Part shown: piece by piece, positions 9,933 to 20,104 of the stretch
How the letters are laid out: each line of letters begins with the position of its first letter
How positions within the stretch are numbered: the first letter of the stretch is position 1
DNA from: Bdellovibrio sp.
GTDB taxonomy: Bacteria; Bdellovibrionota; Bdellovibrionia; Bdellovibrionales; Bdellovibrionaceae
Assembly (NCBI GenBank): GCA_036676395.1
Contig: JAKFCY010000003.1
Location: 538,330 to 602,329, forward strand
Direction of reading: 5' to 3'
DNA: 64,000 nt
Notes under the pieces: generated by a model
What the model saw: only the letters and a program-made list of their open reading frames with translations
Database searches by the model: none
What the model was told of the DNA's origin: nothing
Made by a program: the position numbers and the translations under genes

Positions 9933-11549
9933 TTACTCCTTGTTCGAAATAATCTTTGCCTGAGCTTTGAAGACTCGTTGTGCAGCTTGCACACGCGGAT
10001 CTTGCATAATCTCAGTCGTTAATTTGTCTTCAGATTCTTTTTCAATTTTTTGATTCATGCTTTTGCTAGAATCCCCTGAAGCGACTTTTGCTTTAACAAC
10101 TGTAAAAGTGTAGCCCTCTCCAAAGAACGAATCAATAAAACCTTGTAATTTTTGATGGGTTTCCCCTTGGCTCAGCTGCTCGGCTAAAAACGAAAATTGG
10201 GCAGCAGCTTCCAGGGTGAAATGCTTCTCATTTAGGCCAGCAAAAACGATGTTATCAAGTTTTGCGGCTAAGAATGCATTTTCTTGTTTAAGGTGAGATA
10301 CAAATTTCATCCAGCTCTCTGCATTTAGAGAGGGTTTGGCCACCACTTTCACCGGTTCTGGTTTAGGCGGCGTTGGAGCGGAAGCGGACTCTGATTTAGG
10401 GAGTCCCTGAAACTTTGGGATAGTTGGAGCACCCGAGAGTAAGTTTTGAATATCAGCAATGCGGGGTGCTTGTGCTATGCGAAGTAAACAAACTTCAAAA
10501 ACCATAAATGGATCAGTGGCGCGCACCAAATCAGATAATGATTTTAACGCCATATCAAAAAGCAGGTGTAAATCTGAATCTGATTGGGTCTTTGCAAATT
10601 CACGTAAGCTTTGAACTTCTTCAGCCGGTAAATCGATTAAAATTTCACTGTCTGGAGCCGTTTTTAAAACAATCGTATGTCGCAATAATTGAATCAACTC
10701 TTCAAAAAATAATGAAGGGCTTGTTCCCATCGTGTGAGCTTTTTCAAGATCAGCAACAACGGCTTTGGGATTGCGCTCTAGTAAGTGCGCATAGATATCA
10801 TAAATTAAGCCACGATCAGTTAAACCTAAAACACCAGCGACGTTTTGTTCAGTTAGCTGACCAGTCGTGAAATTTACGACTTGGTCTAATAAACTTAAGC
10901 TATCACGGGCAGAACCATCACCTTGGCGGGCGATCAACCATAACGCTTTATCTTCGGCTTCGATTTTTTCTAAATCACAGATCTTACGCAGTAAGCCGGC
11001 CATTTGTTTAAAAGGAATACGGCGTAAATCAAAACGTTGGCAACGCGATAAAATCGTTTGCGGAATTTTATGAACCTCGGTTGTGGCCATCATAAAAATC
11101 ACATGCGCTGGTGGTTCTTCTAATGTTTTTAGTAAAGCATTAAAAGCCGAAGTCGATAACATGTGAACTTCATCAATAATAAAAATTTTGTATTTGCCAG
11201 AAGTCGGCATAAACATCACGTTGTCGCGTAAATCACGAATTGCATCGACACCGTTGTTCGAAGCTCCATCGATTTCAATAATATCAACAGCGCGCCCACT
11301 GCTAGCTTCAACACATGAAGCGCAAACATTGCACGGAGAAAAATTAACTGGGTTTTCGCAACGAAGAGTTTTCGCTAAAATTCTGGCTGAAGTGGTTTTT
11401 CCGGTTCCACGTAAGCCTGTAAATAAAATTGCATGCGGAACACGGCCAGCTTTTAAAGCGTTAATCAGTGTTTGCGAAATATGACTTTGTCCAACCAGTT
11501 GGTCGAACGATTGCGGTCGATATTTACGGGCAAAAACTTGATACGACAA
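9933..11549 (-). CDS. dnaX: DNA polymerase III subunit gamma/tau
   Basis: ARKYRP, GLRGTGKT Walker A, EIDGASN, IIDEVHML, SRC. Confidence 0.98.
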   Translation of the reverse strand: MSYQVFARKYRPQSFDQLVGQSHISQTLINALKAGRVPHAILFTGLRGTGKTTSARILAKTLRCENPVNFSPCNVCASCVEASSGRAVDIIEIDGASNNGVDAIRDLRDNVMFMPTSGKYKIFIIDEVHMLSTSAFNALLKTLEEPPAHVIFMMATTEVHKIPQTILSRCQRFDLRRIPFKQMAGLLRKICDLEKIEAEDKALWLIARQGDGSARDSLSLLDQVVNFTTGQLTEQNVAGVLGLTDRGLIYDIYAHLLERNPKAVVADLEKAHTMGTSPSLFFEELIQLLRHTIVLKTAPDSEILIDLPAEEVQSLREFAKTQSDSDLHLLFDMALKSLSDLVRATDPFMVFEVCLLRIAQAPRIADIQNLLSGAPTIPKFQGLPKSESASAPTPPKPEPVKVVAKPSLNAESWMKFVSHLKQENAFLAAKLDNIVFAGLNEKHFTLEAAAQFSFLAEQLSQGETHQKLQGFIDSFFGEGYTFTVVKAKVASGDSSKSMNQKIEKESEDKLTTEIMQDPRVQAAQRVFKAQAKIISNKE

Positions 11550-11598
11550 CTGATCCCCTCGAGATACAAACTTAGCCTTCGGCTAAATAAAATAAAAA

Positions 11599-11695
11599 GA
11601 GCTGGGCACCCCATATCGCATAGCTCTTTAGACACCGTTGCTTCCTTCCGGACCTAGCGGAATTCACTAAAGAGTCTATCGTATGGGACCCAGCC
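11599..11695 (-). ncRNA. ffs: Signal recognition particle RNA (4.5S)
   Basis: Minus strand forms a long hairpin GGCTGGGTCCCAT...ATGGGGTGCCCAGCTC with the domain IV core AGGTCCGGAAGGAAGCAAC; upstream of dnaX. Confidence 0.95.
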
Positions 11696-11845
11696 ACTAT
11701 TGGGTGTAGCTGAAATAGGGGGGCCAATCAGTGATTAACACTCAGGGTCAGAGTAGATTGTTACATTGTCGACTTTGTCGTCAGCTTTTTGGGCTCAAAA
11801 TCGTTTATTTCACTCTGAATTTGGCTGGATTTTGGCAAATACGGC

Positions 11846-13363
11846 TTGGCGAGGACGTACACGGTGATAGCAAAATCAAAATTAGCTTATTTATTAGCCC
11901 TATTATTGGGCTTCTCAGTCGCAGCTGAAGCCTCAGCCGGCCGCGCCAAAACAGTTTGTACGATGACTTTTAATTCTGAGAACGAACGCACGGTTTTTAC
12001 GAAGAACTTGGCTCCGTTAGGTTACGACATCGTTGAATTAACTCCTGAAAGTAAAGATCCGAGCTGGTTTTCTCGCGCCTGTAATTCGCAAATTAAATGC
12101 GACATCGTTTTGATGTCAGGGCACTTTGGTGGATTATTTTTTGGTGAAGGCGGAAAAGCTTCAACACTTTCAGTTGCAGATTTAGTGGCAACACGTGAAG
12201 CGCGCACCTGCGGAAATATATTAGATGCACAAGCCGTTTACTTAATGGGTTGTAATACTTTAGCTTCAAAAATTAAAGATCACCGAACAATTGATCAATA
12301 TTTACGAGTGTTAATTAACGATGGTTTTCCGCTGAATATGGCAGAAAGTGTGGCGTCAGCCCGCTATTTAAATTTCGGTCAGAGCATGGGCGAAATCATG
12401 ACTCAAATTTTTTCAAATTCAAAAATGATTGCAGGTTTTGATTCAACAGGCCCTCTTGGCGCGCAAGCGGCGCCGCTATTACAAAAAGCTTTTGCCCATT
12501 CTACGCCAGAAGAAAAAATGTCGACAGGTATCGGGCAAAAAGCTTTAAAAGCTCAGTTTACAAAACACAATATGCGCGTGATTAATCCGACACAAATTGC
12601 TGTCGATGAAAATTTAAAGGCCGCTCTCACTTCTGATCCGATCGGGGCAACCAAGGCCTGGAAAAATATTTTAGCATCGCAGTCTTCGATCAGAAAATAC
12701 TGGGATTTTATCACTCGCCAGCAGTTAAATAGCTCGCTAGCACAAGTGATTATAAGTGAACCGACCATTCGTGCCCGTTTAGAACTAACGTTTGTTGAAA
12801 TTATTAAAACGGCTCAAGGCTTGTCTGCGATTCAGTTAAAATCATTAAACTTTTTAAAACGTTTTCAGGTGATCCAGCCAGAATCTCACACCGCTGCGGT
12901 TCTTAAGATCGTTGCTGGTATTCTATCAAAACAAATCGATTATGTCAGTGCTGATCAATTATGTGAAATCTTTAAAGAGCAAAAAAATTTAGTGTTGCCA
13001 GAAACTTCGAAGCAGAAAATTTCTCAAAGTATCTATTCTGAATTTTTAAATAAATGCCGTGGCGAAGTTAAACCCCTTGTCGGCACACCGGCTATGCGCT
13101 GTTTATATGGCGATGGTTCAAGACGCTCAGACTGGTCATGTTTAACAGATAACTGGATGCAATTAGATGTGCCGTCTTGCCAGTTAGCTAAATCCAGAAA
13201 TAACGATCCAGAAAATTCAGACGATATGTTGTGGTTCTGTTATTCAAAAATGTTAGATATGCGCCAGCTGAATCGCCCGGCTTGTTTAGAGCTCACCCAT
13301 AGCTTTTCGATCTTAAGTAATCAGCTGAAAATGAACTGGAATTGTTTGAATAGAGTGAATTAA
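11846..13363 (+). CDS. Secreted protein with a caspase/CHAT-like (clan CD) N-terminal domain and a Cys-rich C-terminus
   Basis: Signal peptide; IVLMSGHFGG and AVYLMGCNT candidate His-Cys dyad. Confidence 0.55.
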   Translation: MARTYTVIAKSKLAYLLALLLGFSVAAEASAGRAKTVCTMTFNSENERTVFTKNLAPLGYDIVELTPESKDPSWFSRACNSQIKCDIVLMSGHFGGLFFGEGGKASTLSVADLVATREARTCGNILDAQAVYLMGCNTLASKIKDHRTIDQYLRVLINDGFPLNMAESVASARYLNFGQSMGEIMTQIFSNSKMIAGFDSTGPLGAQAAPLLQKAFAHSTPEEKMSTGIGQKALKAQFTKHNMRVINPTQIAVDENLKAALTSDPIGATKAWKNILASQSSIRKYWDFITRQQLNSSLAQVIISEPTIRARLELTFVEIIKTAQGLSAIQLKSLNFLKRFQVIQPESHTAAVLKIVAGILSKQIDYVSADQLCEIFKEQKNLVLPETSKQKISQSIYSEFLNKCRGEVKPLVGTPAMRCLYGDGSRRSDWSCLTDNWMQLDVPSCQLAKSRNNDPENSDDMLWFCYSKMLDMRQLNRPACLELTHSFSILSNQLKMNWNCLNRVN

Positions 13364-13562
13364 ATCGAATACATTCCACCATTTTTGTTTCTGCCTGTTA
13401 GGAATCTAGACAGTTTCAGTGTTTCATTTTGAGAATTTCACTGTCTGAGCTGCAGTAAAACGCATTTTTAAATCTTAAAACGATTTTAACACGTTCTTGT
13501 CAGGTTGGACCAGATATTGAACTACTTCCTATTGTTACAAGTTTTAACTTTTAGGAGTATGT

Positions 13563-15143
13563 ATGAAAAAGTCTTTTGTTTTATTATCAGCTTTAGTTGT
13601 TACAACAACGTTTATCGTTAATTGTCAAAAAGCTCCGGATAAAAGACGCGTTCGCCCTACAGCAGGTGGCTCAGGTTCACCAACTGATGTAGTTGATAAA
13701 ACAAAACTTCCTACAAAAGTTTGCAGTGCTGAATTATTAAATAACTATAAATCATTTCATAAAAGCCAAGTTTTATTAAATAAAACTACGATCACAGCAT
13801 CTTCAACTGAAGCAGAAAAAGAATCGCAAAGAAAATTAGGCGTTGAGACGTTAGCAAAATGTGACGAAGTTATTGATAAATTAAAACTAGAAGACAACCA
13901 AGGTTGTTACATGGATAACGGCGTTAAAGATGTATCAAATGCTTTAATGGTTCCTAGCATGCAAAATATCTGTAATAAATTAGGTGCAAAATTAAAAGCA
14001 GAAGTTGAATTAGATAGTTCTTACGCTGATGCGGCAAAAGAAAACGAAAAAGCAAAACAAGAAGCTAAAAAAGTTCAAGAAAACTTTATCGGTAAAGATA
14101 AAACTTTTAAAATTTCAGAACAAGTTCTTGATATGATGTACGAAGGTAACACAAACCTTGGTATGTTCTTAACTGAAGGTGAAGTTAAATCTTCGAAATC
14201 TTCTTTAGAAACAGCTCTAGCAGCTTCTAAAACTGTTTGTACGGCGATCGGTGAAGGTATCACTAAAGATCAAACTTTAAAAGAGACTGTTTTGACTTTT
14301 ACTTCATTTGAAAATGCTGACAAATCGAACTTAGATGAATTAGCTATTGAATTTAAAGGCAAAGCTACAATGATTAACTTAGTTCTTCAATCTGAAGGCG
14401 AAATTACAACGGCAGGTAATTTACTTTGCTTAAACTTAGAGGTCGCAAAATTATCAGTAAATAAATTAACAGAAGTTTTCGGAAAAGGTATTACATCTGC
14501 TCCGGTAAAAGTATCAACTGAAGTAACAGGCGCAACATCTGAATCAACTCCAGCTGCGGCTTCAGCAACAGCTACTGCATCTGCTACGGCATTTACATCG
14601 CAAGATTTAGCTGCGAAACAACCTGCTGGTTCACCCCAAGATCAGCACTTAGCTTCAGGTACTGCGCAAATGATTGCTGATGCTAATAAAGAAGTTTCAC
14701 AAAAAGAAGCTAATCAAAAAGCTGCTGCTGACAAAGCGGCTGCAGAGAAAAAAGATAAAGAAGAAAAAGCAGCCGCAGATAAATTAGCTGCTGATAAAGC
14801 TGAAAAAGAAGAAGCCGCTAAAGAAGAAGCCGCTAAAGAAGAAGCTGCTAAAGTTACAGTGGTAACGACACCAGTTGCTTCTACTGGCGCCTCTGCAACA
14901 GCTGCTACAAAAGAACAAGCTGAAGATGCTGCTGGCCAATTAGCAATGTTAAAAGAAAAAGCTGAGCGTTTAGAAGCTGAAGCCGTTGCTGCTGAAGCTG
15001 ATGTTAAAAAATTAGAAGAAGCAAATGCTAAAGCTGAAGACGTTGACCAAGCAAAAGCAAAAGCCCGCATCACTCGTGAATCGGCAAATTCAGCAAAAGC
15101 AGACTACGATGCAGCTAACAAAACTGCAGTAGCTGCAAAATAA
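13563..15143 (+). CDS. Lipoprotein with an Ala/Lys/Glu-rich coiled-coil C-terminus
   Basis: RBS AGGAG; lipobox-like FIVNC; low-complexity A/K/E tail. Confidence 0.75.
   Translation: MKKSFVLLSALVVTTTFIVNCQKAPDKRRVRPTAGGSGSPTDVVDKTKLPTKVCSAELLNNYKSFHKSQVLLNKTTITASSTEAEKESQRKLGVETLAKCDEVIDKLKLEDNQGCYMDNGVKDVSNALMVPSMQNICNKLGAKLKAEVELDSSYADAAKENEKAKQEAKKVQENFIGKDKTFKISEQVLDMMYEGNTNLGMFLTEGEVKSSKSSLETALAASKTVCTAIGEGITKDQTLKETVLTFTSFENADKSNLDELAIEFKGKATMINLVLQSEGEITTAGNLLCLNLEVAKLSVNKLTEVFGKGITSAPVKVSTEVTGATSESTPAAASATATASATAFTSQDLAAKQPAGSPQDQHLASGTAQMIADANKEVSQKEANQKAAADKAAAEKKDKEEKAAADKLAADKAEKEEAAKEEAAKEEAAKVTVVTTPVASTGASATAATKEQAEDAAGQLAMLKEKAERLEAEAVAAEADVKKLEEANAKAEDVDQAKAKARITRESANSAKADYDAANKTAVAAK
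14805..14849 (+). repeat. 3 x 15-bp tandem repeat encoding KEEAA
   Basis: AAAGAAGAAGCCGCT twice, then AAAGAAGAAGCTGCT. Confidence 0.9.
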
Positions 15144-15144
15144 T

Positions 15145-16110
15145 TTAATCTTTAATGATCTTGCGGAGTGAATCAAATTCCTCCGCCCAATATCTGTAAG
15201 TGTTAAACTCAGGAAAAATTTTCGGAAAGCTTGGATCGTTCCAGCGATTTAAAATCCACCCCGCATAACAAATCACACGGTACGCGCGTAAATACGGAAC
15301 CAGCTCTAACTGCCGTTCATCAAATTTACGTAGAGTTTCATAACCTTTTAAAAATAATTCGAATTCTTTAGTTGGCGTAAATTCCTGATCAGGAAAGATC
15401 ATCCAGAAATCCTGCACCACCGGCCCATTGATAAAATCATCAAAATCGACAATGGTAATGTCGTTCTGGCCGTTATCTAATAAATTACCGCGGTGAAGAT
15501 CGCCGTGAATGCGTATAAAGCCCTGGGGATCAAGTTTGTTATCAAGGGTTTCGAACACGTGCTCGGCTAAATCCATGTACTGGTGATGAATCTCGGGCGC
15601 AATAACCGTATCTAGTTGATCAAGTAAAAACCATTTGTTGTCTTGGCTAGGCCCGAAGAAATTGCGATGAAGTGCTTCTTTTTTTTCGCCGGTATTATGT
15701 AATTGCGCAGTTAGGGATCCCAGTTTTTCAAATTGGTTTAACAGCACTTCTTGCATCATGCGGCCGCGCACTTTTTCATAAAAGCAGTATAAAATGCCGT
15801 TAGCCTCAAAAACCGTTTCTTGATTTTTCGCGCGTAAGGGTAAGCCCACCGACAAGCCATCATTGTGCAGGTCAAAACAGAATTCATGTTCGTCGGCGAT
15901 GGTTTCTTTTGACCAGCGCCCAGGGCGAAAGAACTTAGCAATCACTGATTGGCTGTCTTCTAATTTGATTTCGAAAACGCGGTTTTCATAAGAATTTAAT
16001 TGGTGAATTTCACCAGTGGGTTTATAGCCATTAAGATCGGCGCACTGAAGAATCAGGTGCGGGTCTAAATTAAAAAACTGGTCTGTTTGAACCTTAGAAT
16101 TCACTGTCAT
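15145..16110 (-). CDS. srkA: Stress-response Ser/Thr kinase SrkA (RdoA/YihE)
   Basis: LNSYENRV, AKFFRPGRWS, RIHGDLHRGN, DFDD, RWNDPSFP. Confidence 0.93.
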   Translation of the reverse strand: MTVNSKVQTDQFFNLDPHLILQCADLNGYKPTGEIHQLNSYENRVFEIKLEDSQSVIAKFFRPGRWSKETIADEHEFCFDLHNDGLSVGLPLRAKNQETVFEANGILYCFYEKVRGRMMQEVLLNQFEKLGSLTAQLHNTGEKKEALHRNFFGPSQDNKWFLLDQLDTVIAPEIHHQYMDLAEHVFETLDNKLDPQGFIRIHGDLHRGNLLDNGQNDITIVDFDDFINGPVVQDFWMIFPDQEFTPTKEFELFLKGYETLRKFDERQLELVPYLRAYRVICYAGWILNRWNDPSFPKIFPEFNTYRYWAEEFDSLRKIIKD

Positions 16111-16199
16111 TGAACAAATCACCCTTGCATATCTTACAATGAAAAACTACCGATTGTGCCCTACAGTAGCGGTATATTCGTTTTAAGGCTAGTCATTTG

Positions 16200-16215
16200 T
16201 GGCTCTTGGCTTGCT
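16200..16215 (+). promoter_or_regulatory. Putative sigma54 -24/-12 promoter
   Basis: TGGCTCTTGGCTTGCT (GG-N10-GC) upstream of ATG 16262. Confidence 0.55.
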
Positions 16216-16261
16216 TAGTTTCTATCTTGATAGTTTTTAATTTAGGACTTCGGAGGCTTGC

Positions 16262-17557
16262 ATGTTGAACCAAAAATCACTTTTATTATCAGTAGCAGTA
16301 CTTGCTGCATTTACTTTAACAACAACAGGTTGTGGTAAAAGCAAAGAAACGCGTTCAGATGTGCGCGGCACCACGACAACACAAGAGCAAGCCGATGTAG
16401 AAAACCTTGATATCGTCGATGCCGATGGTCAAGGGGCTCCTTTACCTACTTCTGCAAGTGGTACGGCATTACCGGGTTTACCACCATCGGTTGATTCAAA
16501 TGATGCGGGCACATTAAATCCATTACCTAATTCAAATGGCAGTAACTCTGATGATGGCGGTGCTGATACTTTACCGCAATCTGGTAAAACTAAAAAATCA
16601 AACGGAGCGGTAAACGCTAAATTTGATGAAGCTGAAGCGGTAAAAACCGGCGGTAAGCTGGATACATTAAATTACACATCATCTTCTGCTGATGGTTTGA
16701 TGGCTGAATTTCGTGGTTACAATAATAAAGTAAACGCTGAACAAAAAACGATGAATTTAAATTTAGCTAAAGCTGTGATTAACGCTAAACTTAAACGTTC
16801 TACGGGTTCAGGCGATATGTTAGTTGATTTAACATTAGATGAATCATTAAACGGCGTTAAAAAGATTACGTCATACAGATTACAAGCTACCCAAGCAGGT
16901 GATAAATATTCATTAACTAAAATTAATTCAAATGGTGATCTAGAAGTTCAAGGTGGATTTTTAAAATGCACTGATGCTGACGGCGGTTGTGAGAATGCTT
17001 ACATCAAAGTTAAAATGTCTGGTGCTTATGTTCGTGTAATTTTTAGAAAATCATATGCAGATCGTTTCTTTATTTTAGAAGAAGGTTCTGCAGGTTCTTC
17101 TTTTGAAATGTGGAAATCATATTTAACAAACACAGTGAACTTTGCTTCAACGTCGCAAAAATTAGATTACATTCAAACTTCATCATTTGAAGTTGTTAAC
17201 GGTCGCGCTGCCATGGGTGTGTTGATTGCGACTGAAGATAAAGAAGTTGTTGGTTTAGGTGTTCAGTTATTAGCGGCTGACAAAGGCACTGTTGCCGGAT
17301 CAAGTATTGCTAAAGTAGCTGACCTATCAAAAAATTATGACTTACAATCGAACAGCAATGCTTCACAAAATTTAGCGCAAGCTATTAAAGACGCAAAACT
17401 TGTGAACAACAATGGTAAAGGCCAGGTGCGCATTCGTTTAGATTTATCATCAGGTTCACAAAAAGCCGCGATGTGGTTAACTTTATCGAATATTCAAAAA
17501 GCTTCGATGTCGATTGCTGAAATTCAAGGCTTCGAGAACAAGCTTTCTAAGTTTTAA
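16262..17557 (+). CDS. Lipoprotein of unknown function
   Basis: RBS GGAGG, lipobox TTGC, disordered linker followed by a beta-rich domain. Confidence 0.75.
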   Translation: MLNQKSLLLSVAVLAAFTLTTTGCGKSKETRSDVRGTTTTQEQADVENLDIVDADGQGAPLPTSASGTALPGLPPSVDSNDAGTLNPLPNSNGSNSDDGGADTLPQSGKTKKSNGAVNAKFDEAEAVKTGGKLDTLNYTSSSADGLMAEFRGYNNKVNAEQKTMNLNLAKAVINAKLKRSTGSGDMLVDLTLDESLNGVKKITSYRLQATQAGDKYSLTKINSNGDLEVQGGFLKCTDADGGCENAYIKVKMSGAYVRVIFRKSYADRFFILEEGSAGSSFEMWKSYLTNTVNFASTSQKLDYIQTSSFEVVNGRAAMGVLIATEDKEVVGLGVQLLAADKGTVAGSSIAKVADLSKNYDLQSNSNASQNLAQAIKDAKLVNNNGKGQVRIRLDLSSGSQKAAMWLTLSNIQKASMSIAEIQGFENKLSKF

Positions 17558-17633
17558 TATAAAGTTTTAAACTAACCAGTTCTTTTCAATAAGTTGTCTA
17601 CTATAAATCGGGCTATTTTTGGCCCTGATTTTT

Positions 17634-17649
17634 CGGCCCGCGCTTTGCT
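17634..17649 (+). promoter_or_regulatory. Putative sigma54 -24/-12 promoter
   Basis: CGGCCCGCGCTTTGCT (GG-N10-GC) upstream of ATG 17684. Confidence 0.5.
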
Positions 17650-17683
17650 TTATACCCCTTGTGTACAAATAACAGGGGGACAA

Positions 17684-18634
17684 ATGTTATCAAAATCATT
17701 CAAATTAACGTTATTAGCGATTTTAGCAACTGCATCGGTGTCAAATGCGCAATTCGGTATTCAACCGGGCGATGGCTTTGACGATGGTGATCACCATTCA
17801 ATGTGTGACAATCCATATGATCCAGATTGTTCAACTCAGCCAGGTTATCCGGGCCAGCCAGATTTTCCAGACTATAATGATGACCAATCTTCTGATGTTA
17901 AATCGATCTCGATCTATCGTTCAGTAAGAAACGAAGTTTTAGACTTGCGTAGATTAGCAGGTTTAGGCGTTCAATACCGTGGCTACGAAGTAGTATCGGT
18001 TCGCGCAAGAACTCGCCCTGATTCTCCATACACTACAACGGTTCAGTTATTAGCTGATAACCGCAACGTAGCGACTCAAGTTAATCCAGGTAAACGTATT
18101 AACTTAGTTCCAAATCAACGTTTAGTTTTAGGATCTTCAGTACGTGAACTTGAAATGTATGTTAACGGTTCTACTTACATCGAAGAAATCGTGATTGAAA
18201 TTCGCCGCACTGGTGGTCAACAACCTCCGCAATATCCTGGTCACCCACCACATGAACCACCCCCATACCCAGGTCATCCAGGTAACCCAGGAAATCCAGG
18301 TTACGATGATCAACGTGTAGAGCTTTACATTAACCGTTCAACATACAGCAACGACCGCATTGATTTAGGCAACTACTTCAGCATGCAACAATACCGTGGC
18401 TACCGTATTGAACAAGTTATCGTAACTGCGAACGCACACAACAACGTGGCTTTAGCAGATTTATTAGTGAACGGTTTTAACGCTGGAACTACACAGTTTG
18501 ATCGTTACACAAGTTCACAATCTTTATACTTACATAACCGTCCAGATATCGGTGGAGCAGCTAGCAGCTTAGTGCTTTACACTCGTGGCAATATGACAGT
18601 TCAACGTGTAACGTTAGTTCTTAGCAGATACTAA
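17684..18634 (+). CDS. Secreted protein with two related beta-sandwich domains and Pro/Gly-rich linkers
   Basis: Signal peptide; duplicated I.RS..N...DL...QYRGY....V.V.A domain; PGYPGQP and PGHPGNPGNPG linkers. Confidence 0.75.
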   Translation: MLSKSFKLTLLAILATASVSNAQFGIQPGDGFDDGDHHSMCDNPYDPDCSTQPGYPGQPDFPDYNDDQSSDVKSISIYRSVRNEVLDLRRLAGLGVQYRGYEVVSVRARTRPDSPYTTTVQLLADNRNVATQVNPGKRINLVPNQRLVLGSSVRELEMYVNGSTYIEEIVIEIRRTGGQQPPQYPGHPPHEPPPYPGHPGNPGNPGYDDQRVELYINRSTYSNDRIDLGNYFSMQQYRGYRIEQVIVTANAHNNVALADLLVNGFNAGTTQFDRYTSSQSLYLHNRPDIGGAASSLVLYTRGNMTVQRVTLVLSRY

Positions 18635-18664
18635 GTTTTTCGCGAAAAATAATTGTCAAAAATA

Positions 18665-18701
18665 GGGCCGCATGAGATTAATTTCTTGCGGCCTTTTTTT
18701 T
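18665..18701 (+). terminator. Intrinsic terminator
   Basis: GGCCGCA...TGCGGCC stem plus T-tract; makes ATG 18711 the likelier start of the next gene. Confidence 0.7.
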
Positions 18702-18710
18702 AGGAGAAAT

Positions 18711-19637
18711 ATGGAAAATCAGCACATTCAGTTAAATCAAAATCCTGCAATTTCAGCTACTTCGGTTTTGGCTCCAACGTTATCAGATTACATGGATTTT
18801 CGTTTGTTTTTGGCTGATTTTTACCAGTTTAAAAAAGAATCTACTAAGCGCTCTTTGCGCCCTTACAACTACGCGATTTTCTCGGCAGCCGCAGATATTA
18901 AGTCTCCGAATTATTTAAAAATGATCATCGAAGGCAAACGTAATCTATCAATGGATATGGTTGCAAAATTTGCCAGAGCCTGCAGTCTTAATAAAGCGCA
19001 AAGCGATGAATTTAAATTGTTAGTCACTTTCAACCAAGCTGATGATCCTGCAGACCGTAACTATGCCTTAAAACAATTATCTGAATACCGCGTGCAACAA
19101 AAACTTAAGCTTGGTGAATTTGATCGTAAAGTTTTTGATAAAGTTCCGAACTGGATTGGTTGGATCATTTACGCTCTTGTCGACCAAGAGGGTGTTACTT
19201 TTGAGACCAGCAAACTAAAAGACTTACTTCGTGGTAAGGCGTCTGAATCTGAAATTGATCAAGCTCTAAAAAATCTTTTAATGAGTGGTGAATTACAAAA
19301 AGATTCAGCTACAGGAATCATTTCAAAAGGTAAATCTTCTGAAGCTCCTGAAGAAATTCCGTCAGCGTTAATTCGTCAGTTACAAATGCAGTTAATGTAT
19401 TTAGGCTTAGAGTCTTTATATCAAGATGCGCCGACCGAGCGTGAATTCGGGTCTTTAACGTTATCGTTATCGCAAGCTGAGTTTGAAGAGCTGAAGTTTA
19501 AGTTACGCCAAATGCGCAAATCGCTTCATAAAGAGAACAATATTGCCCGCATGAGTGGTAAAGGTGAGCGCGTGTATCAGCTAAATCTGCAACTTTTTCC
19601 TGTAAGTAACGTATCTAAAAAAGAGGCACTTACATAA
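18711..19637 (+). CDS. TIGR02147 family protein (HTH + DUF4423)
   Basis: DYMDFRLFL..FY, SPNYLKMIIEGKRNLS, REFGSLT, VYQLNLQLFP; RBS AGGAG. Confidence 0.9.
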   Translation: MENQHIQLNQNPAISATSVLAPTLSDYMDFRLFLADFYQFKKESTKRSLRPYNYAIFSAAADIKSPNYLKMIIEGKRNLSMDMVAKFARACSLNKAQSDEFKLLVTFNQADDPADRNYALKQLSEYRVQQKLKLGEFDRKVFDKVPNWIGWIIYALVDQEGVTFETSKLKDLLRGKASESEIDQALKNLLMSGELQKDSATGIISKGKSSEAPEEIPSALIRQLQMQLMYLGLESLYQDAPTEREFGSLTLSLSQAEFEELKFKLRQMRKSLHKENNIARMSGKGERVYQLNLQLFPVSNVSKKEALT

Positions 19638-20065
19638 ATTTTATTGAGGTCGTGAGTACTGGTTTTACGCAACTAGACCAGTACAGTTTTCGTAACAGAA
19701 ACCTTCGCTGCTCAAAATTTACTCCCTAGAATTAAATTCTGAAATAATCTGAAATCTATTTTTCGGGGTCACATTGACGCTGAAAAAACCTGTGTGTTGT
19801 GGAAAAGTCTGTGGATTTGGTTGATAACTCCCTCTCAAAATCAAATATATAACTAAAGAGCTGTTTACGCGCACAGATAATATTGCGTCGCGTGATACCT
19901 CGGGGTCTGTACGACACCATGACAGTTGCGATCAAAAAACAGCTAAAAAGTGAAATTGCATGACAGATTTAGAGCTAAAACTTTAGTGATTTTTGGGTCC
20001 GTATTTTTGCCACAACACTTTGTTGATTGGGGAGAATGTGTTTGTGACGGGATGCTGATTTGGTG

Positions 20066-20099
20066 TTTTAGGTGCGTCCATCAATTGAACGCACCTAAA
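20066..20099 (-). terminator. Hairpin terminator downstream of the lipase
   Basis: TTTAGGTGCGT...ACGCACCTAAA inverted repeat. Confidence 0.65.
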
Positions 20100-20104
20100 G
20101 TATT

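Noticed and set aside
11472..11657. 61-aa plus-strand ORF
   Set aside because: Overlaps the dnaX start and the SRP RNA on the opposite strand.
19790..19830. oriC
   Set aside because: Only two good boxes, no clear unwinding element, and no dnaA/dnaN nearby.
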